This document shows, one piece after another, positions 36,527 to 46,285 of a stretch of DNA of 64,000 nt. How positions within the stretch are numbered: the first letter of the stretch is position 1; every line of letters begins with the position of its first letter. The notes under the pieces were generated by a model, which searched no databases, had not been told where the DNA came from, and saw only the letters and a list, made by a program, of their open reading frames with translations. Source of the stretch: Patescibacteria group bacterium (GTDB taxonomy: Bacteria > Patescibacteriota > Kazan-3B-28); NCBI GenBank assembly GCA_041649135.1, contig JBAZNQ010000001.1, positions 445,438 to 509,437 on the forward strand. Direction: 5' to 3'. The translations under genes and the position numbers were made by a program.

Positions 36527-37024
36527 TTAAACTCTCGCAAACAAAATCATATAATTGTTGCCAAACTTCTGGGCGCACTTCGGACAATAGGCGTAGTGAA
36601 TATAATATTCCTTTGCCTTTTTATTCTGGCCAGCCAAATACTGGTTCATCTGCCCAATGAATTTTGGGATAGAGTTATACCCGCCATCAAACACCTTAGC
36701 CACAAACGTCCCAGACAATGTTACATTTTTAGCATCGGGCACCACCCCAGTGGTTGAAATATGAATGTCGGACCGAAACGCCGTTGGATCCGAAAACAGC
36801 ACCAAAACACTTCCCTTGTCCTCCGCCACCATTTTGGCATCCTCCACCATTTTCCACATCTTGGTAATTTTGCTACCGATCATTGAAGGAAGTGGCATAT
36901 GAAAAAACGTCGGGATACTTTCCTTGATAAACGGCTTATTCTCCCAATTAAATTCTTTCCCGTCCCACCGAGCCACATCGAACTGCGGGCAACACACCTG
37001 ATCGTTCTGAAGTTGGTTATTCAT
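36527..37024 (-). CDS. Hypothetical protein
   Basis: 165-aa ORF. Confidence 0.4.
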   Translation of the reverse strand: MNNQLQNDQVCCPQFDVARWDGKEFNWENKPFIKESIPTFFHMPLPSMIGSKITKMWKMVEDAKMVAEDKGSVLVLFSDPTAFRSDIHISTTGVVPDAKNVTLSGTFVAKVFDGGYNSIPKFIGQMNQYLAGQNKKAKEYYIHYAYCPKCAQKFGNNYMILFARV

Positions 37025-37041
37025 CTCTTTTCTATTAGTTA

Positions 37042-37470
37042 CTATATTTTTATCTTATTACCCAAAAATGCCTCAAACGCCGGTAATAAATTTGGTATCA
37101 GGTTGTAATTTTGGAACTCCTTGGGATCAATCCACTCAAACGCATCGTGATCCTCACTTAGCACCACTCGGTCCGAGTTAGTTTCACATTCAAAGAACGT
37201 TCCGACGATCTGCCATTGCTCACCTCTAACTACTGGTCGCCATTCATTCACAAAAAACGGCTTTCCGATTTTCACAGTCAACCCTGTCTCTTCCATAATT
37301 TCCCGCAACAAACTTTCATCAAACCTCTGCCCCGGCTTTAACCTTCCCCCCGGTACATCAAACCTCGCCACATTCGACCCATCTTCATATTTGGTCGACT
37401 CGCGCAAAATCAAAACCTTCCCGTTGAAAACAATAAATGCTTTTGTTGCCACAAAAATTTTCGGTTCCAT
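37042..37470 (-). CDS. NUDIX hydrolase
   Basis: GGRLKPGQRFDESLLREIMEETGL Nudix box. Start moved to MEPKIF (GGAG RBS) because the longer ORF runs into the tRNA-Ser. Confidence 0.75.
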   Translation of the reverse strand: MEPKIFVATKAFIVFNGKVLILRESTKYEDGSNVARFDVPGGRLKPGQRFDESLLREIMEETGLTVKIGKPFFVNEWRPVVRGEQWQIVGTFFECETNSDRVVLSEDHDAFEWIDPKEFQNYNLIPNLLPAFEAFLGNKIKI

Positions 37471-37491
37471 AATTTCTCCTGGCGGAGGGTG

Positions 37492-37581
37492 AGGGATTCG
37501 AACCCTCGAGGGGCTTGCGCCCCAAACCGCTTTCCAAGCGATCGCCATAGACCGCTAGGCGAACCCTCCAATTAAACGCTC
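37492..37581 (-). tRNA. tRNA-Ser (GGA), long variable arm
   Basis: Manual fold: acceptor GGAGGGU/ACCCUCC, anticodon loop TTGGAAA, variable arm GGGGCGCAAGCCCC, encoded CCA. Confidence 0.75.
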
Positions 37582-37597
37582 CACGTTAATATTCAAT

Positions 37598-37660
37598 ATC
37601 CAATCTCCAATTTTTCAACCATCATAGCCCCATTGGACATTGGGCATTGGACATTAGCCC
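37598..37660. repeat. Inverted pair of CCAAT heptad arrays (TTAATATTCAATATCCAATCTCCAAT … ATTGGACATTGGGCATTGGACATT) with a ~20-bp spacer
   Basis: Matches the arrays flanking the four-helix-bundle gene. Confidence 0.7.
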
Positions 37661-37723
37661 GTAGGACTCTCCCTACTCCCAACTGCCCATATTATACCTG
37701 TCCCATTCATTGGCCGACAGCAA

Positions 37724-37750
37724 TAAAAAAAGGCGGGCTGTTGCCCGCCT
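37724..37750 (-). terminator. Intrinsic terminator (GGCGGGC-TGTT-GCCCGCC plus a T-run on the minus strand)
   Basis: Perfect 7-bp GC stem, seen directly. Confidence 0.7.
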
Positions 37751-37766
37751 CATCTAAGATACGCTA

Positions 37767-38240
37767 TTAACTCTGCGTGGAAGCTTCTTTGACCTGCCGT
37801 TGGACCCCAGCTATAGCTTGCTGCGTCTCCGCCACCTGCTGATTCGTTTTCTGTAGGAGCTTACTTGCTCCCTCTAGACCTGACCCCAGTATCATTAGCA
37901 GATAATGAAAATCTGTCCCGGTCGGGTCCTTCGCCGCACCCGCAATGTGCAAGTGGCAGAAAGCTGCACCAAGCTTCTTGTACAAATGGTCTAATAGGAC
38001 GCCCCCACAGCACTCCAGTACAATTTCCCTGCCAAGCAGCTCAAGCACGTGATATTGCTCGTCTTCCTCATCCCTGTTATCGACGTCCTCGTCCTCCAAC
38101 AGCGAAGGAAGCTCTGTGCCGCAGAACCCACATGTGCAGGCCCCCAAGACGACACCGAATGGAATGGACTTATGGGTCCAATCGTGCGTTTCACTATCAC
38201 CCAACGGTTTCGACACTATGGGTTGTTTGGGTTTGGACAT
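37767..38240 (-). CDS. Cys-rich hypothetical protein in a GC-rich (~58%) patch
   Basis: Start MSKPKQP with a GGAGGTG RBS. The plus-strand overlapping ORFs look non-proteinaceous. Confidence 0.35.
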   Translation of the reverse strand: MSKPKQPIVSKPLGDSETHDWTHKSIPFGVVLGACTCGFCGTELPSLLEDEDVDNRDEEDEQYHVLELLGREIVLECCGGVLLDHLYKKLGAAFCHLHIAGAAKDPTGTDFHYLLMILGSGLEGASKLLQKTNQQVAETQQAIAGVQRQVKEASTQS

Positions 38241-38693
38241 AGCCACCTCCAAGTTCTCAAAGGGGACACCAGCCCCCTCTGGTTTTGATGACTCCACTCT
38301 ACACCTCCCCAACCCCATTGAGCAAATAGCGTCCGCCAATAGCAAAATTGACCGCTTAGCCCAGCATGTTTGAGGAGCAAAGCGACGAGTTTGCGATTAA
38401 GGCAAGAAAGGTCAATTTTGCTCTATTGGCTAGCTATTTGTGATTGGGCGTCCTTTCGGTGCTACCGCTTTGGACGAGCAAAGCGGTAGCGAAAAAGAAA
38501 ATGGATTCCCGCCTTCGCGGGAATGACGACGGGGGTATGGGGGTTGACCCCCAGAATAAAACAACCTATACTGCCCTCATATAAAACCTAACCTTCTACT
38601 CCCCGAGACAACCTCGGGGCAAAGCCCCCTCACAGAGGCTCACCCATAGACAAGGCTGACTTCAGATAGGTAAAAGTTGCCAAAGGCAACCCC

Positions 38694-38763
38694 CATCACT
38701 GTTCACTATTAACTATTCACTCTTCACCCCTCACTATTAATTATTAACCATTAACTAACCCCT
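38694..38763 (+). promoter_or_regulatory. Heptad-periodic leader (TTCACTA/TTAACTA x ~9) directly abutting the rpsF start codon, with no Shine-Dalgarno
   Basis: 7-bp periodicity, seen directly. Confidence 0.7.
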
Positions 38764-39312
38764 ATGGCTACACAGGAAGAAATCACCTTCGGTAACTACG
38801 AAGTTACCCTGCTCATCTCCCCCGAGACACAGGAGATGGATATTCAAAAGCTTGTCACCAAGCTCCAGAACCAAATCGCCCAAAAGGGCGGCCGGATTCT
38901 ATTCACTAATCTCTGGGGCAAACAGCGCCTAGCCTATCCAATTGGCAAGTTCGAGTTTGGCCACTACGCCAATCTCGTTTTTAGCTATCCCTCGGCTCAA
39001 CTAAGTGATTTCAGTCACGACATCAAACTAATGCCGGAAATCGTCCGTCACCTTATCATTTCTCTCGATAAAGAGGGTGTGAAACCAGAAACAATGAGAC
39101 AGTTTGATCCGTTCAAGGAACAGGCCATGTCTTCTCGTACAACTACTGAAGGACGTTCGATATCCCCAGTCGCTCCAATTCGAGCTCGGAAAACTTCTAC
39201 TATCGGACGTCCGACATCCCCTGTTGAAAAACCAAAAGCATCCGACAAGGATGAGGCCACTCGTCTGAAAGAGCTGGAAGAAAAACTCGGCAAACTACTC
39301 GAAGAAGAATAA
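38764..39312 (+). CDS. rpsF: 30S ribosomal protein S6 with a C-terminal extension
   Basis: N-terminal S6 fold signature (YEVTLLISPE…). Operon with ssb and rpsR. Confidence 0.85.
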   Translation: MATQEEITFGNYEVTLLISPETQEMDIQKLVTKLQNQIAQKGGRILFTNLWGKQRLAYPIGKFEFGHYANLVFSYPSAQLSDFSHDIKLMPEIVRHLIISLDKEGVKPETMRQFDPFKEQAMSSRTTTEGRSISPVAPIRARKTSTIGRPTSPVEKPKASDKDEATRLKELEEKLGKLLEEE

Positions 39313-39321
39313 TAAAAGCAC

Positions 39322-39376
39322 CACAGGCGCTACCACAACTTTTCACTTACCACTTATAACTTTTAACTATCCAACC
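39322..39376 (+). promoter_or_regulatory. Heptad-periodic (CTTNNNA) leader abutting the ssb start codon
   Basis: Seen directly. Confidence 0.6.
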
Positions 39377-39859
39377 ATGCGCGATCTAAACAAAGTCATG
39401 CTCATCGGAAATCTTACTCGCGACCCAGAACTCCGCACAACGAACAGCGGACAAACAGTCGCTTCATTTGCCGTCGCCACCAACCGGTCTTGGAATGATG
39501 CTCAAGGCGTTCGCCAAGATGCCGTCGAATATATCGACATTGTGGCGTGGGGCAAGTTGGCTGAAATCGTTGGTCAAATCTACCGCAAAGGCCGTCGGAC
39601 TTACGTCGAAGGTCGTTTGCAAACCCGCAACTGGGAAGCACAAGACGGGACCAAACGCTACAAGACCGAAGTGGTCGCTTCCGACTTAATCTTGCTCGAC
39701 AAAGCCCCAGCCGGCGAAGTTGCGCCTCTGCAAAACAATGCGGGCAACACTGAAGGACATCCGACATCCCAAACTGCCGAACAGCCAGTCGCCGCAGCTA
39801 CCACCGATCCCCTCGCTACCGCCGCTGATGAAATCAACATCGAAGATATCCCCTTCTAG
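39377..39859 (+). CDS. ssb: Single-stranded DNA-binding protein
   Basis: OB-fold motifs and an acidic C-terminal tail ending DIPF. Confidence 0.9.
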   Translation: MRDLNKVMLIGNLTRDPELRTTNSGQTVASFAVATNRSWNDAQGVRQDAVEYIDIVAWGKLAEIVGQIYRKGRRTYVEGRLQTRNWEAQDGTKRYKTEVVASDLILLDKAPAGEVAPLQNNAGNTEGHPTSQTAEQPVAAATTDPLATAADEINIEDIPF

Positions 39860-39954
39860 AAAACTACTTGTCCCGTTAGAAATTTAGAAAACGGGCAAAC
39901 ACATTAAACAATCTTAATACATTCAATTCATACAAGCATAAATTTCTAATCGGG

Positions 39955-40215
39955 ATGGCATTCTCAAAAAAAACATCTCCCAGCATTAGCCGTCGTCGTC
40001 CGAGCACTCTGACCCCTCGCAATTTCAGTCTCTCTAGCGACGAGTTGAACTACATCGATTACAAAAATATCCGAATGATCCGCCGGTATATGACTCGGTA
40101 TATGAAAATCGAACCCCGCCGCCGTTCTGGCCTCACCGCCAAGCAACAGCGCGATATGGCCACCGCCATCAAGCGCGCTCGCTATATGGCTCTGGTCCCT
40201 TACACCCTCCATTAA
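39955..40215 (+). CDS. rpsR: 30S ribosomal protein S18
   Basis: YIDYKNIRMIRRYMTRYMKIEPRRRSGLTAKQQR signature. Confidence 0.9.
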   Translation: MAFSKKTSPSISRRRPSTLTPRNFSLSSDELNYIDYKNIRMIRRYMTRYMKIEPRRRSGLTAKQQRDMATAIKRARYMALVPYTLH

Positions 40216-40740
40216 ATGACCACCCAACTCCAGCAATATCGCGACTCCGCACTAACTACTGATGGTAGCGTCATCGGATTCTATGAGCGAGAGTTCTATG
40301 TTTTTTCCAACTTCTCCAGTTTTCAAGTGGAGTGGCACGGTCGCCTCTGGCCCACTTCGGAACACGCCTATCAAGCCGCTCACTTTTTTGACACCGCGCC
40401 AGAACTAGTTGAGCAAATCTTTCATGCCAAGTCAGCCCACGAAGCATTCAAAATTGCCAAAACTAACGCCGACAAAGCTCCTGCCAATTGGGAAGACATC
40501 AAAGTTGGCATCATGGAAGATATCTGCAAGCACAAGCTTCTCCAACACCGATACATCCAAAGAAAACTCTTACAAACTGGCGATCTGCCGCTAGTTGAAG
40601 ACTCCCCCGCAGATCCATGCTGGGGTTGGGGCAAAGACCGTCAAGGTCGCAATGAACTCGGCAAAGTCTGGATGAGACTCCGTGATTGGTTTATCGCCAA
40701 CACCGACTCCACCACCCAACAAAACCTATTAAAAGACTAA
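40216..40740 (+). CDS. NADAR/YbiA-family (DUF1768) N-glycosidase
   Basis: FYEREFYVFSNFSSFQVEWHGRLWPTSEHAYQAAHF signature. Confidence 0.7.
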   Translation: MTTQLQQYRDSALTTDGSVIGFYEREFYVFSNFSSFQVEWHGRLWPTSEHAYQAAHFFDTAPELVEQIFHAKSAHEAFKIAKTNADKAPANWEDIKVGIMEDICKHKLLQHRYIQRKLLQTGDLPLVEDSPADPCWGWGKDRQGRNELGKVWMRLRDWFIANTDSTTQQNLLKD

Positions 40741-40747
40741 CACCACC

Positions 40748-40785
40748 CTCTAGTGGCTAGTGGCTAATCCCTAAACTCTAACTTT
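40748..40785 (+). promoter_or_regulatory. Heptad-periodic leader (CTAGTGG CTAGTGG CTAATCC CTAAACT CTAACTT) abutting the efp start codon
   Basis: A 25-mer is identical to 62762-62787. Confidence 0.65.
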
Positions 40786-41346
40786 ATGCTTTCCCTCAAC
40801 GACATCAAAACCGGAGTGAACATCGAGCTCGAAGGCGCTCCCTATGAAGTGGTTAAATACCAACACTCCAAAATGGGACGCGGTGGAGCTGTCTTGCGCA
40901 CCACTCTCAAAAACCTGCTGACCGGCAACAACATTGAACGGACCTTCCATGGCGAAGAAAAATTCAATCCGGTCAATCTCGAACGTCGCAAAACTCAATT
41001 TCTCTACCGCCAAGGGAATGATTTTATGTTTATGGATAGTACCACCTTCGACCAATTTACTATCAATGGTTCTGTGATTGGCTTTGCTAATAACTTCCTC
41101 AAAGACGGTCAGGAAGTTGATCTGATTTTCTACAATGGCCAGCCAATCAATATTACTCTGCCAGCCAAAATGCCTTTCAAAGTTATTGAGTCGGAACCAG
41201 CTATCAAGGGCGATACTGCTACTAACCCGCAAAAAAACATTACCATTGAAACTGGTATGATTCTGCGAGCTCCCATGTTCATCAATACCGGCGATACGAT
41301 ACTGGTAGACACTCGCGACGGTTCATATATCGAGCGAGCCAAATAA
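40786..41346 (+). CDS. efp: Elongation factor P
   Basis: KOW/OB domains and a conserved loop SKMGRGGAVLRT. Confidence 0.9.
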   Translation: MLSLNDIKTGVNIELEGAPYEVVKYQHSKMGRGGAVLRTTLKNLLTGNNIERTFHGEEKFNPVNLERRKTQFLYRQGNDFMFMDSTTFDQFTINGSVIGFANNFLKDGQEVDLIFYNGQPINITLPAKMPFKVIESEPAIKGDTATNPQKNITIETGMILRAPMFINTGDTILVDTRDGSYIERAK

Positions 41347-41371
41347 CACACCAGCATCATCCCCAATACAC

Positions 41372-41535
41372 CCCGTCATTCCGGCCTCCACCTGCCCGCC
41401 TTTGGAGGGAGCCGGAATCCAGACAACAACAGAAACATTTTTTATTTTCTTTGCTGGATTCTCCGGTTCCATCCTTCGTTCGCCATGGCGAACTACGGAG
41501 GACTAACGCAAGCCGGAGAATGACAAAATTAAATA
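41372..41535. repeat. MITE-like hairpin element (CCGTCATTCCGGC…GCCGGAATCCAGACAACAACAGAAACATTTTTTATTTT … GCCGGAGAATGACAAAA)
   Basis: Shares the block CCAGACAAnAACAGAAACATTTTTATTTT with 35735-35765. Confidence 0.55.
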
Positions 41536-41539
41536 TCGC

Positions 41540-42037
41540 ATGATGAAAGAATTATTTGCTACCACCAAGAACGGACATTCTATCTGGTTTGATTCCCAGA
41601 CCTCTCACGCCGCCACCCATTTTGACGAGAATCCCGAGCTTCCACGACACATCAAAGATATTCTTTCAGACCTGTCGCCTACTGACGATGGTATTTATGA
41701 GGAAATTAAATTTGACCATCCGATCGGGATGACCGACTTGGTTACCACCGATAACACTGATGACATCGTCTACGCTAGACGAGCTGGACGAGAGGTCTAC
41801 ACTCGTTTTACTAAAAGTCGTCAGCCAGTATCTACCGATACTATTACTATCTGGCTCGTACGCCTACCCAGCGGAGATTATGACCTCGCCAGCGCTTGGT
41901 TTGGCACCAAGGTCCCGTCCTTCCCCGGCGACGAATGGGAAGTCCCTGAAAGCAAAGAATTTTGGAAAACCCACGCCCTAGTCTGGGGCAGACAAGCTAC
42001 AATTAAAGAAACAGAAACTACTGACTGTCCGTGGTAA
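41540..42037 (+). CDS. Hypothetical protein
   Basis: 165-aa ORF. Confidence 0.4.
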   Translation: MMKELFATTKNGHSIWFDSQTSHAATHFDENPELPRHIKDILSDLSPTDDGIYEEIKFDHPIGMTDLVTTDNTDDIVYARRAGREVYTRFTKSRQPVSTDTITIWLVRLPSGDYDLASAWFGTKVPSFPGDEWEVPESKEFWKTHALVWGRQATIKETETTDCPW

Positions 42038-42073
42038 AAACCCCAGCACATTTTGATTATTGGTTATTGGTAA
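42038..42073 (+). promoter_or_regulatory. Heptad-periodic (ATTGGNN) leader abutting the ychF start codon
   Basis: TTATTGG TTATTGG TAATTGA TTATTAA. Confidence 0.6.
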
Positions 42074-43183
42074 TTGATTATTAACTCTATGAGTTTAAAA
42101 ATTGGTATCGTTGGCCTCCCCAACGTCGGGAAATCTACTTTATTTAATGCTCTACTTGGTGCCAACCAAGCAACGGCTTCCAATTTCCCGTTCTGTACTA
42201 TCGAACCGAACACCGGCATCGTTCCCGTTCCCGATGCTCGTCTGGCCAAACTCTCCGAGCTGGAACATTCAGCTCAAATCGTCCCTGCTACCGTTGAGTT
42301 TGTGGATATTGCCGGTCTTGTGCGCGGCGCCTCCCAAGGTGAAGGATTAGGCAACAAATTCCTTTCTCATGTTCGCGAAGTGGACGCCATCCTTGAAGTC
42401 GTTCGTTTGTTTTCCGATTCCAATGTCACCCATGTTAGCGGCGATATTTCGCCCAAAGACGATATTGAGATCATCAATACCGAGCTTATTCTTGCCGACC
42501 TACAAAGTATGGAGGGACGCTTAGTCAAAGAAGAAAAGGCTGCCCGCGGCGATGCCAAACTTCAGCCCAAAGTAGATTTCTTTCTAAGAGTCCAAGAACA
42601 TTTAGGTAACGGTCTACCCGCTCGCTCAATGAACTTGTCTGACACAGAGCTCCTGTGGTTAAAAGAACTTCAGCTCATTTCCGCCAAACCCATTCTTTAC
42701 ATCGCTAATATCGACGGTACCCAAATCAAAGATGCCGTTACCCTTCTCAACCCAGTTCACGAACTTGTTACCAAAGACAACGCCGAGATTATCGCCATTG
42801 ACGCCAAGACTGAAGCCGAAGTCGTAGAACTTACGCCAGAAGAACGCATCGATTATCTTCGCGAAGCTGGTATTACCGAGTCAGGCTTGGACAAGGTTAT
42901 CCGTGCCGGCTACAAGTTACTCGGTCTCATCACCTATTTCACCGCCGGCGAAAAAGAAACCCGCGGTTGGACTATTCACAATGGCGATACCGCTCCCATT
43001 GCCGCCGGTGCCATTCATACCGATTTCACCAAAGGCTTCATCCGTGCTGAAACCGTTGGCTTTAATGATTTCATCAACAACGGCGGTTGGATCGGTGCCA
43101 AAACTGCTGGAAAGGTCCGAAGTGAAGGCAAAGACTACGTCGTTAAAGACGGCGATGTCATGCTCTTCCGCTTCAACGTGTAA
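42074..43183 (+). CDS. ychF: Ribosome-binding ATPase YchF (Obg-family GTPase)
   Basis: G1 motif GIVGLPNVGKSTLFNAL and a TGS C-domain. Confidence 0.9.
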   Translation: MIINSMSLKIGIVGLPNVGKSTLFNALLGANQATASNFPFCTIEPNTGIVPVPDARLAKLSELEHSAQIVPATVEFVDIAGLVRGASQGEGLGNKFLSHVREVDAILEVVRLFSDSNVTHVSGDISPKDDIEIINTELILADLQSMEGRLVKEEKAARGDAKLQPKVDFFLRVQEHLGNGLPARSMNLSDTELLWLKELQLISAKPILYIANIDGTQIKDAVTLLNPVHELVTKDNAEIIAIDAKTEAEVVELTPEERIDYLREAGITESGLDKVIRAGYKLLGLITYFTAGEKETRGWTIHNGDTAPIAAGAIHTDFTKGFIRAETVGFNDFINNGGWIGAKTAGKVRSEGKDYVVKDGDVMLFRFNV

Positions 43184-43251
43184 ACTTAATTCCCATCCCT
43201 CCCGCCATTGGAGGAGGAATGTATTGCCTGCCCGCGGACGGGAAAGATCCT

Positions 43252-44559
43252 CTAAAACCCACTCACCAGCCAACTGAAGAAATTCGAAACTCCTCTCAAC
43301 CACCCTTCGATACAGTCGTAGAATTCAGTTGTCGTAGTAGTAGTTCCTGGCAAACTCGGCGTCGGCGACACAGTACTTGGTGTCGTCGGTTGTTTCACAA
43401 CCGGTGCTTGGGCTCTTGGTACTACCGTAATCTTCCAAGTTACTTGCGCCCCCATCCATTGCTTCCATTCCACTACTGCTCCATAGGTTTCAGTATACAG
43501 TCCCGCTTTAGTCGGTGCTTTGATCGTAAACGTAAATCGACCAGTTTCACCCGGCACTACTACTCGGCGATTGCTTACCGAAGTATCGGCATTAGTTACC
43601 ACTACTGGGCGGTTAAACTTAATCCAGTTCCAATATCTAAATGGTGTAGTCCGATCTTTTGAAGTTCCTAACCGCACCGGATTTCTGCCATAGTTGTACC
43701 AAGGTATAGTACCTGTATTTTTCATCTCCACCCACACCTTGGCTGTTTGACCAGCCGTTAATGTCATCTCAACTGGCGATTGGCCAACCAATGCGTCAGC
43801 ATAATACGCCCCTCGTACCGTCACCAGATTCCCCCAACTGCTGAACCTTCCATTGCTGTTATAGGCAGTCAAAGAATATTGGCCAGCCTTAAATCCAACT
43901 GGCACTATCAGACTGACCCGACCATTACCCGACCACACCATCCGTAGTTGAGTCTCCCCTAATTTAAAGATCGTATTATATTCAAAATTCGCACCGATTA
44001 CTGTCAACGTCGTTTCGCTAGTATTATCAAACACGCTAGGGGTTACATCGTTAATTAACGGATAGACATTTTTCATCGAGTCACCCGAACCCCCACCACC
44101 TCCGGGAGTTGGAGTGGCTGGTGTAGTAATACTGAACACCGCATCGCTTATATCGTTGATCGATGCGTCACCGACCTTGCTAACTCTGATCGTCGCAACT
44201 GTAGTAGCCGCGCTCGTTACCACCCAAGGATATGTCCCATCGTTGGTAGTAGAGGCCACAATCGTCTCCCAACTGCCACCCACCGACCGCTGAAGTTCAA
44301 TTTTTACATCAGTAATCGTCGCCGTAGCAGTCCAAGTGATGTTTTGACTAGTATCAATCTCCCAACTCTCACCACCATTAGGTGCCACTACGGTAATAGT
44401 TTCCCCAGCCGGCAAAACCGTCACATTAAAGGTAGCTGTCCCACTAGTACCAGCTAGCGTCCACACACTTCCCAACCCTACAATTCCAACTGCCAAAACG
44501 GCCACCAGCTCACGCTCTAGCCATTGTAATATCTTATGAATTTTAAAGCTGATTTGCAT
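43252..44559 (-). CDS. Cell-surface/secreted protein with T/S/V-rich beta-sandwich repeats
   Basis: N-terminal signal anchor. Low-complexity T/V-rich Ig-like segments. Confidence 0.45.
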   Translation of the reverse strand: MQISFKIHKILQWLERELVAVLAVGIVGLGSVWTLAGTSGTATFNVTVLPAGETITVVAPNGGESWEIDTSQNITWTATATITDVKIELQRSVGGSWETIVASTTNDGTYPWVVTSAATTVATIRVSKVGDASINDISDAVFSITTPATPTPGGGGGSGDSMKNVYPLINDVTPSVFDNTSETTLTVIGANFEYNTIFKLGETQLRMVWSGNGRVSLIVPVGFKAGQYSLTAYNSNGRFSSWGNLVTVRGAYYADALVGQSPVEMTLTAGQTAKVWVEMKNTGTIPWYNYGRNPVRLGTSKDRTTPFRYWNWIKFNRPVVVTNADTSVSNRRVVVPGETGRFTFTIKAPTKAGLYTETYGAVVEWKQWMGAQVTWKITVVPRAQAPVVKQPTTPSTVSPTPSLPGTTTTTTEFYDCIEGWLRGVSNFFSWLVSGF

Positions 44560-44668
44560 CCAGCCGATTTTATTTTAGTTTTATTTTTAATTATAACACA
44601 AAACCTAACTTTAGTCAAGCTAGTTTAGTTCTGCTACAATATAACCATCTTGTACCCGAGGTGATGTT

Positions 44669-44920
44669 ATGACGAGTGGCAAGCATGTGGCCGATGATAG
44701 TCTCGCCAAGCAAATTGAAGTGCTGAACTCGGTCTTCATCCCCCATGAAGGACCGATAAGTATTCTCGTGCTTTGCGGCTCAACGGACGAGGCCGCTCTT
44801 GTCGCAGTCCAAGAAAGAATCCAGCACGCAGTTCAACCACTCCTGGATTTGCATCGCCAACTTAGCGACGAAGCAGCCATCGGTTTGGCCGATCCACACC
44901 TCATTCGTTCAGCGCCCTAG
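44669..44920 (+). CDS. Hypothetical small protein
   Basis: TACAAT -10 box and a GAGGTG RBS upstream. Confidence 0.3.
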   Translation: MTSGKHVADDSLAKQIEVLNSVFIPHEGPISILVLCGSTDEAALVAVQERIQHAVQPLLDLHRQLSDEAAIGLADPHLIRSAP

Positions 44921-45267
44921 CCCGGCACCCGCCGGGTTTTTCTTTGCCTAGTTCCCCTCTCCGCCATTGGAGCTTGAGCGTCCTGAATCAACCAAATCCC
45001 GAAAATAGAGCGTGCCCATGTTTGAGGAGCTGGCAAGCTCCGAGTTCGCCGAGAGCGAAGAAAGCTAATTTTATTAGGCGAACAATTACAACGACCCCAA
45101 AGGGGAGCCTTAGGCTCTGGCGGGCGACTTTGGTTACTTTTGACAAGCCAAAAGTATCGCTGGATCAAACGCCAGCTAGCGTTTGGCTTCCGCCGATGGC
45201 AATCGGCATATAAAAATAGATTCCAGCCTGCGCTGGAATGACAAAAAATAAGGAAGTATAGGAGGGA

Positions 45268-46236
45268 CTAGATTACTTTCCGTCTCTCTTGATATTTATC
45301 CTTCGGCATCGTAAAAATCATTTTCCCAGCTACTGTCTGAAAAACTCGCGTTACCACCGCATCAACTTCATGACCAATGTGTTTGTCTCCACCCTCAACC
45401 ACAACCATCGTGCCATCCTCCAAATATCCAACTCCCTGTCCAGCGTCTTTGCCCGCTTGGATCACTCGCAATTTCATCGCCTCCCCCGGCAACACCACCG
45501 GTCTTAACGCGTTATTCAATTCATTAATATTCAAAACCACCACATTCTGGATCCGAGCCACCCGATTCAGATTGTAATCTACCGTCATCAGCCGAGCCCG
45601 TAGTTTTTTGGACAATCGAATAATCTTGGAGTCAACATCTGGTTCATTAATAAAATCATCCTCCACCACTTCCAATTTAATTCCCCTCTCCCGCCTTAAT
45701 TCATCCAGCGTTTCCAAACCCCGCCGACCTTTGCCACGCCGCAAAGCTTCCTCTGAATCCGCCACCACCTGCAACTCTTCCAATACAAATCGCGGCACAA
45801 TCAGCCGACCAGACAAAAACCCAGTCCGCACCAACTCACCAATCCGCCCGTCAATAATTACACTCGTATCCAGTACAATTCCACTCTCGTTGCTTGCCTG
45901 ACCATCCCGCTTCAACTTTCTGGTTTCTTGCACTAGTGTCTGAATCAAACTAAACAGCTGATTTAACGAGCCAGCAATCTTCTCCCGCTGGTTATAAAAG
46001 AAAGTAGTGATTAACGCCACCGAAAAAACATTGATCAACAACGGCAGCCACACTCCCCATGGCGCCGATAATTTACCAAACGGTAACGACAGTAGTGTTC
46101 CCGCCGACAGTCCCACGATCACCCCCAACAGAGTCATAAAAAACACCGATGATGGTACCATCGTTATCTTCTTTGCCACAATGATATACACCACGGCAAA
46201 CAAAACCAAAATCCCAATCGCGAATTGCCAGATCAT
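45268..46236 (-). CDS. PIN/TRAM-domain membrane protein (YacL-like)
   Basis: N-terminal TM segments, a PIN domain (IVLDTSVIIDGRI), and a C-terminal TRAM domain. Confidence 0.75.
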   Translation of the reverse strand: MIWQFAIGILVLFAVVYIIVAKKITMVPSSVFFMTLLGVIVGLSAGTLLSLPFGKLSAPWGVWLPLLINVFSVALITTFFYNQREKIAGSLNQLFSLIQTLVQETRKLKRDGQASNESGIVLDTSVIIDGRIGELVRTGFLSGRLIVPRFVLEELQVVADSEEALRRGKGRRGLETLDELRRERGIKLEVVEDDFINEPDVDSKIIRLSKKLRARLMTVDYNLNRVARIQNVVVLNINELNNALRPVVLPGEAMKLRVIQAGKDAGQGVGYLEDGTMVVVEGGDKHIGHEVDAVVTRVFQTVAGKMIFTMPKDKYQERRKVI

Positions 46237-46285
46237 AATCGAATTTTAGATAAATCCCTATGAATAAAGCCAACCACCAAACAAG

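Noticed and set aside
36527-36587. 61-nt overlap between the 36527..37024 gene and the long form of the NT5C-like gene
   Set aside because: Resolved by choosing the internal Met that places the HAD motif DLDEVL at the N-terminus, as in characterised NT5C enzymes. No genuine overlap is needed.
37865-38288. Plus-strand ORFs (125 aa, 79 aa) overlapping the 37767..38240 minus-strand gene
   Set aside because: Their composition is Pro/Arg/Cys-rich junk typical of antisense reading of GC-rich DNA. The minus-strand frame has an RBS and a downstream terminator.
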